From NCBI GenBank assembly GCA_964016885.1, contig OZ024744.1, forward strand, positions 14,818,001 to 14,882,000: a DNA stretch of 64,000 nucleotides. The letters run 5' to 3'. Below the pieces are notes generated by a model, which was given only the letters and a program-made list of their open reading frames with translations, did no database searches and had not been told where the DNA came from. The stretch comes from Eledone cirrhosa. Taxonomy: Eukaryota. The position numbers were made by a program, and so were the translations under genes. This document shows positions 1 to 11,914 of the stretch, piece by piece. Numbering within the stretch: position 1 is the stretch's first letter; each line of letters opens with the position of its first letter.

Positions 1-3000
1 CTGTCACTTACTTCTAAAATATAACACTGTCTCTTACCTCTAACATATACCACTGTCTCTTCTAACATATAACACTGTCTCTTACTTCTAACATATAACA
101 CTGTCTCTTACTTCTAACATATAAAACTGTCTCTTACCTCTAACATATAACACTGTCTCTTACCTCTAACATATAACACTGTCACTTACTTCTAAAATAT
201 AACACTGTCTCTTACCTCTAACATATAACACTGTCTCTTCTAAGATATAACACTGTCTCTTACTTCTAACATATAACACTGTCTCTCACTTCTAAAATAT
301 AACACTGTCTCTTACTTCTAACATATAACACTGTCCCTTACCTCTAACATATAACACTGTCTCTTACTTCTAAAATATAACACTGTCTCTTACTTCTAAC
401 ATATAACACTGTCTCTTACTTCTAACATATAACACTGTCTCTTACTTCTAACATATAACACTGTCTATTACTTCTAAATCATAACACTGTCTCTTACTTC
501 TAACATATAACACTGTCTCTTACTTCTAAGATACAACACTGTCTTTTACTTCTAACATATAACACTGTCTATTACTTCTAACATATAACACTCTCTCTTA
601 CTTCTAACATATAACACTGTCTCTTACCTCTAACATATAACACTGCCTCTTCTAACATATAACACTGTCTCTTACTTCTAACATATAACACTGTCTCTTA
701 CTTCTAACATATAAATCTGTCTCTTACCTCTAACATATAACACTGTCTCTTACCTCTAACATATAACACTGTCTCTTACCTCTAATATATAACACAGTCT
801 CTTACCTCTAACATATAACACTGTCTCTTACTTCTAACATATAACACTGTCTCTTACTTCTAAGATACAACACTGTCTTTTACTTCTAACATATAACACT
901 GTCTATTACTTCTAACATATAACACTCTCTCTTACTTCTAACATATAACACTGTCTCTTACCTCTAACATATAACACTGCCTCTTCTAACATATAACACT
1001 GTCTCTTACTTCTAACATATAACACTGTCTCTTACTTCTAACATATAAAACTGTCTCTTACCTCTAACATATAACACTGTCTCTTACCTCTAACATATAA
1101 CACTGTCTCTTACCTCTAATATATAACACAGTCTCTTACTTCTAAAATATAAAACTGTCTCTTACTTCTAAAATATAACAGTCTCTTACTTCTAACATAT
1201 AACACTGTCTCTTACTTCTAACATATAACACTGTCTCTTACATCTAACATATAACACTGTCTCTTACTTCTAACATATAACACTGTCTCTTACCTCTAAC
1301 ATATAACACTGTCCCTTACCTCTAACATATAACACTGTCTCTTACCACTAATATAAAACACTGTCTCTTACCTCTGACATATAACACTGTCTCTTACATC
1401 TATCATATAACACTGTCTCTTACCTCTAACATATAACACTGTCTCTTCTAACATATAACACTGTCTCTTACTTCTAACATATAACACTGTCTCTTACTTC
1501 TAACACATAAAACTGTCTCTTACCTCTAACATATAACAATGCGTCTTCTAACATATAACACTGTCTCTTACTTCTAACATATAACACTGTCTCTTACATC
1601 TAACATACAACACTGTCTCTTACTTCTAACATATAACACTGTCTCTTCTAACATATAAAACTGATCTTACTTCTAAAATATAACACTGTCGCTTACTTCT
1701 AACATATAACACTCTCTCTTACTTCTAAAATATAACACTGTCTCTTACTTCTAAAATATAACACTGTGTCTTACTTTTAAATATTCCACTGTCTCTTACT
1801 TCTAAAATATAACAGTCTCTTACTTCGAACATATAACACTGTCTCTTATTTCTAACATATAACACTGTCTCTTACTTCTAACATATAACACTATGTCTAA
1901 CCTCTAACATATAACACTGCCTCTTACTTCTACCATATAACACTGTCTCTTACTTCTAAAATATAAAACTGTCTCTTACCGCTAACATATAACACTGTCT
2001 CTTACCTCTAACATATAACACTGTCTCTTACTTCTAAAATATAACACAGTCTCTTACTTCTAAAATATAACACTGTCTCTTACTTCTAACATATAACACT
2101 GTCTCTTAATTCTAACACATAACACTGTCTCTTACCTCTAACATATAACACTGTCTCTTACCTCTAACATATAACACTGTCTCTTAGCTCTAACATATAA
2201 CACTGTCTCTTACCTCTAATATATAACACTGTCTCTTACCTCTAACATATAACACTGTCTCTTACTTCTAACATATAACACTGTATCTTACTTCTAACAT
2301 ATAACACTGTCTCTTACTTCTAACATATAACACTGTCTCTTACTTCTAACATATAAAACTGTCTCTTACCTCTAACATATAACACTGTCTCTTACTTCTA
2401 ACATATAACACTGTCTCTTACATCTAACATACAACACTGTCTCTTACTTCTAACATATAACACTGTCTCTTCTAACATATAACACTGTATCTTACTTCTA
2501 AAATATAACACTGTCTCTTACCTCTAACATATAACACTGTCTCTTACTTCTAACATATAACACTGTCTCTTACTTCTAACATATAACACTGTCTCTTACT
2601 TCTAACATATAAAACTGTCTCTTACCTCTAACATATAACACTGTCTCTTACTTCTAACATATAACACTGTCTCTTACATCTAACATACAACACTGTCTCT
2701 TACTTCTAACATATAACACTGTCTCTTACTTCTAACATATAACACTGTCTCTCACTTCTAAAATATAACACTGTCTCTTACTTCTAACATATACACTGTC
2801 CCTTACCTCTAACATATAACACTGTCTCTCACTTCTAAAATATAACACTGTCTCTTACTTCTAACATATAACACTGTTTCCTACTTCTAAAATATAACAC
2901 TGTCTCTTACTTCTAAAATATAACACTGTCTCTTACCTCTAACATATAACACTGTCTCTTACATCTATCATATAACACTGTCTCTTACTTCTAACATATA

Positions 3001-6000
3001 ACACTGTCTCTTACTTCTAACATTTAACACTGTCTCTTACTTCTAATATTATAACACTGTCTCTTACTTCTAACATATAACACTGTCTCTTACTTCTAAC
3101 ATATAACACTGTATATTACTTCTAAAACATAACACTGTCTCTTACTTCTAACATACAACACTGTCTCTTACTTCTAACATATAACACTGTCTCTACTAAC
3201 ATATAACACTGTCTCTTACTTCTAACATATAACACTGTCTCTTACTTCTAACATATAACACTGTCTATTACTTCTAAAACATAACACTGTCTCTTACTTC
3301 TAACAAACAACACTGTCTCTTACTTCTAACAGATAACACTGTCTGTTCTAACATATAACACTGTATCTTACTTCTAAAATATAACACTGTCTCTTACTTC
3401 TAAAATATAACACTGTCTCTTACTTCTAAAATATAACTCTGTCTCTTACTTCTAAAATATAACACTGTCTCTTACTTCTAACATATAACACTCTCTCTTA
3501 CTTCTAAAATATAACACTGTCTCTCACTTCTAAAATATAACACTGCGTCTTACTTTTAAATATAATATTGTCTCTTACTTCTAAAATATAACACTGTCTC
3601 TTACTTCTAACATATAACACTGTCTCCTACTTCTAAAATATAACACTGTCTCTTACTTCTAAAATATAACACTGTCTCTTACTTCTAAAATATAACACTG
3701 TCTCTTACTTCTAAAATATAACACTGTCTCTTACTTCTGAAATATAACTCTGTCTCTTACTTCTAACATATAACACTGTCTCTTACTTCTAACATATAAC
3801 ACTATCTCTAACCTCTAACATATAACACTGTCTCTTACTTCTAACATATAACACTGTCTCTTACTTCTAAAATATAACACTGTCTCTTACCTCAAACATA
3901 TAACACTGTCTCTTACCTCTAACCTATAACACTGTCACTTACCTCTAACATATAACACTGTCTCTTACTTCTAAAATATAACACTGTCTCTTACTCCTAA
4001 AATATAACGCTGTCTCTTATCTCTAACATATAACACTGTCTCTTCCTTCTAACATAAAACACTGCCTCTTACTTGTAATATATAACACTGTCTCTTACCT
4101 CTAACATATAACACTGTCTCTTATTTCTAAAATATAACACTGTCTCTTACTTCCAACATATAACACTGTCTCTTACCTCTAACATATAACACTGTCTCTT
4201 ACCTCTAACATATAACACTGTCACTTACTTCTAAAATATAACACTGTCTCTTACCTCTAACATATACCACTGTCTCTTCTAACATATAACACTGTCTCTT
4301 ACTTCTAACATATAACACTGTCTCTTACTTCTAACATATAAAACTGTCTCTTACCTCTAACATATAACACTGTCTCTTACCTCTAACATATAACACTGTC
4401 ACTTACTTCTAAAATATAACACTGTCTCTTACCTCTAACATATAACACTGTCTCTTCTAAGATATAACACTGTCTCTTACTTCTAACATATAACACTGTC
4501 TCTCACTTCTAAAATATAACACTGTCTCTTACTTCTAACATATAACACTGTCCCTTACCTCTAACATATAACACTGTCTCTTACTTCTAAAATATAACAC
4601 TGTCTCTTACTTCTAACATATAACACTGTCTCTTACTTCTAACATATAACACTGTCTCTTACTTCTAACATATAACACTGTCTATTACTTCTAAATCATA
4701 ACACTGTCTCTTACTTCTAACATATAACACTGTCTCTTACTTCTAAGATACAACACTGTCTTTTACTTCTAACATATAACACTGTCTATTACTTCTAACA
4801 TATAACACTCTCTCTTACTTCTAACATATAACACTGTCTCTTACCTCTAACATATAACACTGCCTCTTCTAACATATAACACTGTCTCTTACTTCTAAGA
4901 TACAACACTGTCTTTTACTTCTAACATATAACACTGTCTCTTACTTCTAACATATAAAACTGTCTCTTACCTCTAACATATAACACTGTCTCTTACCTCT
5001 AACATATAACACTGTCTCTTACCTCTAATATATAACAGTCTCTTACCTCTAACATATAACACTGTCTCTTACATCTAACATATAACACTGTCTCTTACTT
5101 CTAACATATAACACTGTCTCTTACCTCTAATATATAACACTGTCTCTTACCTCTAACATATAACACTGTCTCTTACATCTAACATATAACACTGTCTCTT
5201 ACTTCTAACATATAACACTGTCTCTTACCTCTAACATATAACACTGTCTCTTACATCTAACATATAACACTGTCTCTTACATCTAACATATAACACTGTC
5301 TCTTACGTCTAACATATAACACTGTCTCTTACCTCTAACATATAACACTGTCTCTTACCTCTAACATTTAACACTGTCTCTTACCTCTAATATATAACAC
5401 TGTCTCTTACCTCTAACATATAACACTGTCTCTTACTTCTAACATATAACACTGTATCTTACTTCTAACATATAACACTGTCTCTTACTTCTAACATATA
5501 ACACTGTCTCTTACTTCTAACATACAACACTGTCTCTTACTTCTAACATATAACACTGTCTCTACTAACATATAACACTGTCTCTTACTTCTAACATATA
5601 ACACTGTCTCTTACTTCTAACATATAACACTGTCTATTACTTCTAAAACATAACACTGTCTCTTACTTCTAACAAACAACAGTGTCTCTTACTTCTAACA
5701 GATAACACTGTCTGTTCTAACATATAACACTGTATCTTACTTCTAAAATATAACACTGTCTCTTACTTCCAACATATAACACTCTCTCTTACTTCTAAAA
5801 TATAACACTGTCTCTCACTTCTAAAATATAACACTGCGTCTTACTTTTAAATATAATATTGTCTCTTACTTCTAAAATATAACACTGTCTCTTACTTCTA
5901 ACATATAACACTGTCTCCTACTTCTAAAATATAACACTGTCTCTTACTTCTAAAATATGACACTGTCTCTTACTTCTGAAATATAACTCTGTCTCTTACT

Positions 6001-9000
6001 TCTAACATATAACACTGTCTCTTACTTCTAACATATAACACTATCTCTAACCTCTAACATATAACACTGTCTCTTACTTCTAACATATAACACTGTCTCT
6101 TACTTCTAAAATATAACACTGTCTCTTACCTCAAACATATAACACTGTCTCTTACCTCTAACCTATAACACTGTCACTTACCTCTAACATATAACACTGT
6201 CTCTTACTTCTAAAATATAACACTGTCTCTTACTCCTAAAATGTAACGCTGTCTCTTATCTCTAACATATAACACTGTCTCTTCCTTCTAACATATAACA
6301 CTGCCTCTTACTTGTAATATATAACACTGTCTCTTACCTCTAACATATAACACTGTCTCTTATTTCTAAAATATAACACTGTCTCTTACTTCCAACATAT
6401 AACACTGTCTCTTACCTCTAACATATAACACTGTCAATTACTTCTAAAATATAACACTGTCTCTTACCTCTAACATATAACACTGTCTCTTCTAAGATAT
6501 AACACTGTCTCTTACTTCTAACATATAACACTGTCTCTCACTTCTAAAATATAACACTGTCTCTTACTTCTAACATATAACACTGTCCCTTACCTCTAAC
6601 ATATAACACTGTCTCTTACTTCTAAAATATAACACTGTCTCTTACTTCTAAAATATAACACTGTCTCTTACTTCTAAAATATAACTCTGTCTCTTACCTC
6701 TAACATATAACACTCTCTCTTACCTCTAACATATAACACTGTCACTTACTTCTAAAATATAACACTGTCTCTTACCTCTAACATATACCACTGTCTCTTC
6801 TAACATATAACACTGTCTCTTACTTCTAACATATAACACTGTCTCTTACTTCTAACATATAAAACTGTCTCTTACCTCTAACATATAACACTGTCTCTTA
6901 CCTCTAACATATAACACTGTCACTTACTTCTAAAATATAACACTGTCTCTTACCTCTAACATATAACACTGTCTCTTCTAAGATATAACACTGTCTCTTA
7001 CTTCTAACATATAACACTGTCTCTTACTTCTAACATATAACACTGTCTATTACTTCTAAATCATAACACTGTCTCTTACTTCTAACATATAACACTGTCT
7101 CTTACTTCTAAGATACAACACTGTCTCTTACTTCTAACATATAACACTGTCTATTACTTCTAACATATAACACTCTCTCTTACTTCTAACATATAACACT
7201 GTCTCTTACCTCTAACATATAACACTGTCTCTTACTTCTAACATATAACACTGTCTCTTACTTCTAACATATAACACTGTCTCTTACTTCTAACATATAA
7301 AACTGTCTCTTACCTCTAACATATAACACTGTCTCTTACCTCTAACATATAACACTGTCTCTTACCTCTAATATATAACACTGTCTCTTACCTCTAACAT
7401 ATAACACTGTCTCTTACATCTAACATATAACACTGTCTCTTACTTCTAACATATAACACTGTCTCTTACCTCTAATATATAACACTGTCTCTTACCTCTA
7501 ACATATAACACTGTCTCTTACATCTAACATATAACACTGTCTCTTACTTCTAACATATAACACTGTCTCTTACCTCTAACATATAACACTGTCTCTTACA
7601 TCTAACATATAACACTGTCTCTTACATCTAACATATAACACTGTCTCTTACTTCTAACATATAACACTGTCTCTTACCTCTAACATATAACACTGTCTCT
7701 TACCTCTAACATATAACACTGTCTCTTACCTCTAATATATAACACTGTCTCTTACCTCTAACATATAACACTGTCTCTTACTTCTAACATATAACACTGT
7801 CTCTTACTTCTAACATTTAACACTGTCTCTTACTTCTAATATTATAACACTGTCTCTTACTTCTAACATATAACACTGTCTCTTACTTCTAACATATAAC
7901 ACTGTATATTACTTCTAAAACATAACACTGTCTCTTACTTCTAACATACAACACTGTCTCTTACATCTAACATATAACACTGTCTCTACTAACATATAAC
8001 ACTGTCTCTTACTTCTAACACATAACACTGTCTCTTACTTCTAACATATAACACTGTCTATTACTTCTAAAACATAACACTGTCTCTTACTTCTAACAAA
8101 CAACACTGTCTCTTACTTCTAACAGATAACACTGTCTGTTCTAACATATAACACTGTATCTTACTTCTAAAATATAACACTGTCTCTTACTTCTAAAATA
8201 TAACACTGTCTCTTACTTCTAAAATATAACTCTGTCTCTTACTTCTAAAATATAACACTGTCTCTTACTTCTAACATATAACACTCTCTCTTACTTCTAA
8301 AATATAACACTGTCTCTCACTTCTAAAATATAACACTGCGTCTTACTTTTAAATATAATATTGTCTCTTACTTCTAAAATATAACACTGTCTCTTACTTC
8401 TAACATATAACACAGTCTCCTACTTCTAAAATATAACACTGTCTCTTACTTCTAAAATACAACACTGTCTCTTACTTCTAAAATATAACACTGTCTCTTA
8501 CTTCTAAAATATAACACTGTCTCTTACTTCTGAAATATAACTCTGTCTCTTGCTTCTAACATATAACACTGTCTCTTACCTCAAACATATAACACTGTCT
8601 CTTACCTCTAACCTATAACACTGTCACTTACCTCTAACATATAACACTGTCTCTTATTTCTAAAATATAACACTGTCTCTTACTTCCAACATATAACACT
8701 GTCACTTACTTCTAAAATATAACACTGTCTCTTACCTCTAACATATAACACTGTCTCTTCTAAGATATAACACTGTCTCTTACTTCTAGCATATAACACT
8801 GTCTCTCACTTCTAAAATATAACACTGTCTCTTACTTCTAACATATAACACTGTCCCTTACCTCTAACATATAACACTGTCTCTTACTTCTAAAATATAA
8901 CACTGTCTCTTACTTCTAACATATAACACTGTCTCTTACTTTTAACATATAAAACTCTCTCTTACCTCTAACATATAACACTGTCTCTTACCTCTAACAT

Positions 9001-10039
9001 ATAACACTGTCACTTACTTCTAAAATATAACACTGTCTCTTACCTCTAACATATAACACTGTCTCTTCTAAGATATAACACTGTCTCTTCCTTCTAACAT
9101 ATAACACTGTCTCTCACTTCTAAAATATAACACTGTCTCTTACTTCTAACATATAACACTGTCCCTTACCTCTAACATATAACACTGTCTCTTACTTCTA
9201 AAATATAATATTGTCTCTTACTTCTAACATATAACACTGTCTCTTACTTCTAACATATAACACTGTCTCTTACTTCTAACATATAACACTGTCTATTACT
9301 TCTAAATCATAACACTGTCTCTTACTTCTAACATATAACACTGTCTCTTACTTCTAAGATACAACACTGTCTCTTACTTCTAACATATAACACTGTCTAT
9401 TACTTCTAACATATAACACTCTCTCTTACTTCTAACATATAACACTGTCTCTTACCTCTAACATATAACACTGTCTCTTCTAACATATAACACTGTCTCT
9501 TACTTCTAACATATAACACTGTCTCTTACTTCTAACATATAAAACTGTCTCTTACCTCTAACATATAACACTGTCTCTTACCTCTAACATATAACACTGC
9601 CTCTTACCTCTAATATATAACACTGTCTCTTACCTCTAACATATAACACTGTCTCTTACATCTAACATATAACACTGTCTCTTACTTCTAACATATAACA
9701 CTGTCTCTTACCTCTAATATATAACACTGTCTCTTACCTCTAACATATAACACTGTCTCTTACATCTAACATATAACACTGTCTCTTACTTCTAACATAT
9801 AACACTGTCTCTTACCTCTAACATATAACACTGTCTCTTACATCTAACATATAACACTGTCTCTTACATCTAACATATAACACTGTCTCTTACTTCTAAC
9901 ATACAACACTGTCTCTTACATCTAACATACAACACTGTCTCTTACATCTAACATACAACACTGTCTCTTACATCTAACATACAACACTGTCTCTTACATC
10001 TAACATACAACACTGTCTCTTATTTCTAACATATAACAC
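1..10039. repeat. Tandem satellite/minisatellite, 26-bp unit TAACATATAACACTGTCTCTTAC(T/C)TC, about 385 copies in the window, running off the left edge; intronic in AK7
   Basis: Read directly: the pattern recurs every 130 nt (5 x 26). There are 22-bp deletion variants (CTGTCTCTTCTAAC). The array ends at ...ATATAACAC 10039. Confidence 0.98.
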
Positions 10040-10059
10040 CAATAAATGGTGTAACATTA

Positions 10060-10200
10060 GATTCATTAGAACATCAGATAGAATGCTTTGAGGTATTCAT
10101 TCTGGCTCTCAGCTACCTTATTTTAAACCTCGCCAAGGTCTACTATGCCTTTCATGAATTGAAGGTCAGCAAAAAAGTACCAGTCATATACCGGGTTGTT
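10060..10200 (+). mobile_element. Degenerate SINE fragment (octopus-type tRNA-derived SINE body)
   Basis: AAACCTCGCCAAGGTCTACTATGCCTTTCAT...AAAAGTACCAGTC...CCGGG resembles the SINE motif I recall as CCGCCGAGGTCGACTTTGCCTTTCATCC...AAGTACCAG. Not database-verified. Confidence 0.55.
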
Positions 10201-10369
10201 TCTTCCTCTATATCTCTCTCCCACTTCAATTCTCACTCTCTATCCTACTCTGGAAGAAATCTGCTGTATTGAGACCTGGAGTAGGTATGTGATCTGCCAG
10301 GTTTGATATTCTAGAAACACCGTTTGTCAATATAGCGAACCTGCTACTCCTTCAAGTTTTATGGTATCA

Positions 10370-10610
10370 TGCATCACCACCACCACTGCCAACAACAACA
10401 ACCACATCAACACACAACAACAGTTTCACCACCATCACAACAAAAAGAACAGATGCCAACAAAAATAATAATTACATCACCACCACCACCATCAATACCA
10501 CTACAACCACCAACATCAGTACCCCCACCACCACTACCACCCTCACCACCACCACCAACATGTAGCCATACTAACCAACACCCACACAAAACAAACAAAA
10601 CAAAAACACA
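10370..10610. repeat. Low-complexity (CAC/CAA)n compound microsatellite
   Basis: Runs of CAC, CAA and ACC directly downstream of the exon donor. Confidence 0.85.
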
Positions 10611-10646
10611 CATCTTCCTTTCTTCTTTCCTTCTCTTCTTACTTAC

Positions 10647-10904
10647 CGATATGCTCGGGATGGAACTCATTGTCATCAAAGAAATTCAAGACAGTGTTGT
10701 CTTCAGTGTTGACCTGACGGAACTCTGTCAGTCTTCTCTGGAAGCCCTCCTCATTGTTGTGAGTGCGGGCTACAATGTGTTCTGGTAGCTGCATGATACG
10801 ATCACACAGGAAGTTGTTGTCAGCGTCAAGGCTGAATATGAACTCCGGCATAATGTATTTATTGTAGCGGAGATTCTCGTCGTCTTCTTCCTCTGCGTCC
10901 TCTT
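10647..10904 (-). CDS. AK7: Adenylate kinase 7, internal coding exon (258 bp, phase 1-1): (E)EDAEEEDDENLRYNKYIMPEFIFSLDADNNFLCDRIMQLPEHIVARTHNNEEGFQRRLTEFRQVNTEDNTVLNFFDDNEFHPEHI
   Basis: Acceptor CTTCCATTGTAG and donor G|GTAAGT. The peptide matches vertebrate AK7 as I recall it ([32 protein letters not shown]...DDETVFNYFDELEIHPIHI). Phase fits the preceding exon. Confidence 0.93.
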
Positions 10905-11094
10905 CTACAATGGAAGCAGGTGGAAACAGAAGTTTTAATTTAAATAGGAACCCTTTAAAATGGATGGTTTTGTTTCACAGAACCAGAGCCAGTTATGGGT
11001 ATATTGGTATCAGAAGAGCTAAAGAAAACAAGTAGACAATAAAGAAAACTTTAAAAACATCCAAACCAAAATTAATATGTGCCAATAAATTTAC

Positions 11095-11356
11095 CTTCAT
11101 ACAATAGTTTGGCTTGTTCCACTACCTTGGGAAAGCCATCTAAAACAAACCCTTGGTTTTGACAAGGCTTTGACATGAGTTTATCTTTGACCATCATCAC
11201 CAAATAATGGTCATCAAGCCGTTGGTTGTTCTGCTCTTTGTTCTCGTTGATTTCAAACAGTTTTGCTGTTGGATCTTCAAATCGGTTATCCTCTTCTTCC
11301 TCTTCTACTTCACTTTCATCATAATTAGCATTAAGTATTTTCTGCTCCATGTCTAC
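11095..11356 (-). CDS. AK7: Adenylate kinase 7, internal coding exon (262 bp, phase 0-1): VDMEQKILNANYDESEVEEEEED...EQNNQRLDDHYLVMMVKDKLMSKPCQNQGFVLDGFPKVVEQAKLLYE
   Basis: Acceptor GTATTTTTAG and donor G|GTAAAT. Contains the adenylate-kinase GFVLDGFP motif plus the AK7-type acidic tract and PCxNQG. Confidence 0.94.
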
Positions 11357-11398
11357 CTAAAAATACAAGGCCCTTAAATATTAATACCTTATTATTAC

Positions 11399-11697
11399 AA
11401 TCATCATCATTATCATCATTACCATAACCGTGTTATCTGTTTTTCTGTACTTGCATAGGTGTGTCATTTCTAACACAATATCTTTCCCCTTAATCAACCT
11501 CAATGTGGTGATATTCAATGATTTAAGAACAACTTTCAAAACCGCTGTCCAGGTCTTCCATGGCCTTCCTCATCTGTAGCTTTCTTCCACTGGGATTTCT
11601 TGGCAATTCTTCACCTACAACTATCATCTGTACACATCACATGTCCATACCAACACAGTCTTTTTTTCTGCACACTACTTCTGATTCCTCTTAAATA
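11399..11697 (-). mobile_element. Degenerate 3' end of an RTE-clade LINE with (GAT)n tail
   Basis: The minus strand gives remnants of WYGHVMC...KNCQEIPVEE...GRPWKTW. It is similar to 40157-40450, with a (CAT)n run at about 11399-11420 on the + strand. Confidence 0.75.
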
Positions 11698-11704
11698 CAG
11701 TTAT

Positions 11705-11865
11705 TGGGTATATAGTATAGTGTGTAAAGAGTATAGTGTGTATATAGTAAAACATGTATATAGTGTGTATATAGGATAGTGTGTATACAGTATAGTGTGT
11801 ATGTAGTATAGTGAGTGTATAGTATAGTGAGTGTATATTATAATGAGTGTATACATATATAAAGT
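11705..11865. repeat. Degenerate (TATAGTGTG)n-type microsatellite
   Basis: Repeated GTATAGTGTGTA-like words directly before the 48-bp array. Confidence 0.8.
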
Positions 11866-11914
11866 AATGTACAGTGTGACAAACTTTAATAGTGACATCT
11901 CTATTATTGACCGA

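Noticed and set aside
10369-10788. His/Gln/Pro-rich ORF on + and Gly-rich ORF on -
   Set aside because: Products of the (CAC/CAA)n microsatellite, overlapping the AK7 exon/intron boundary.
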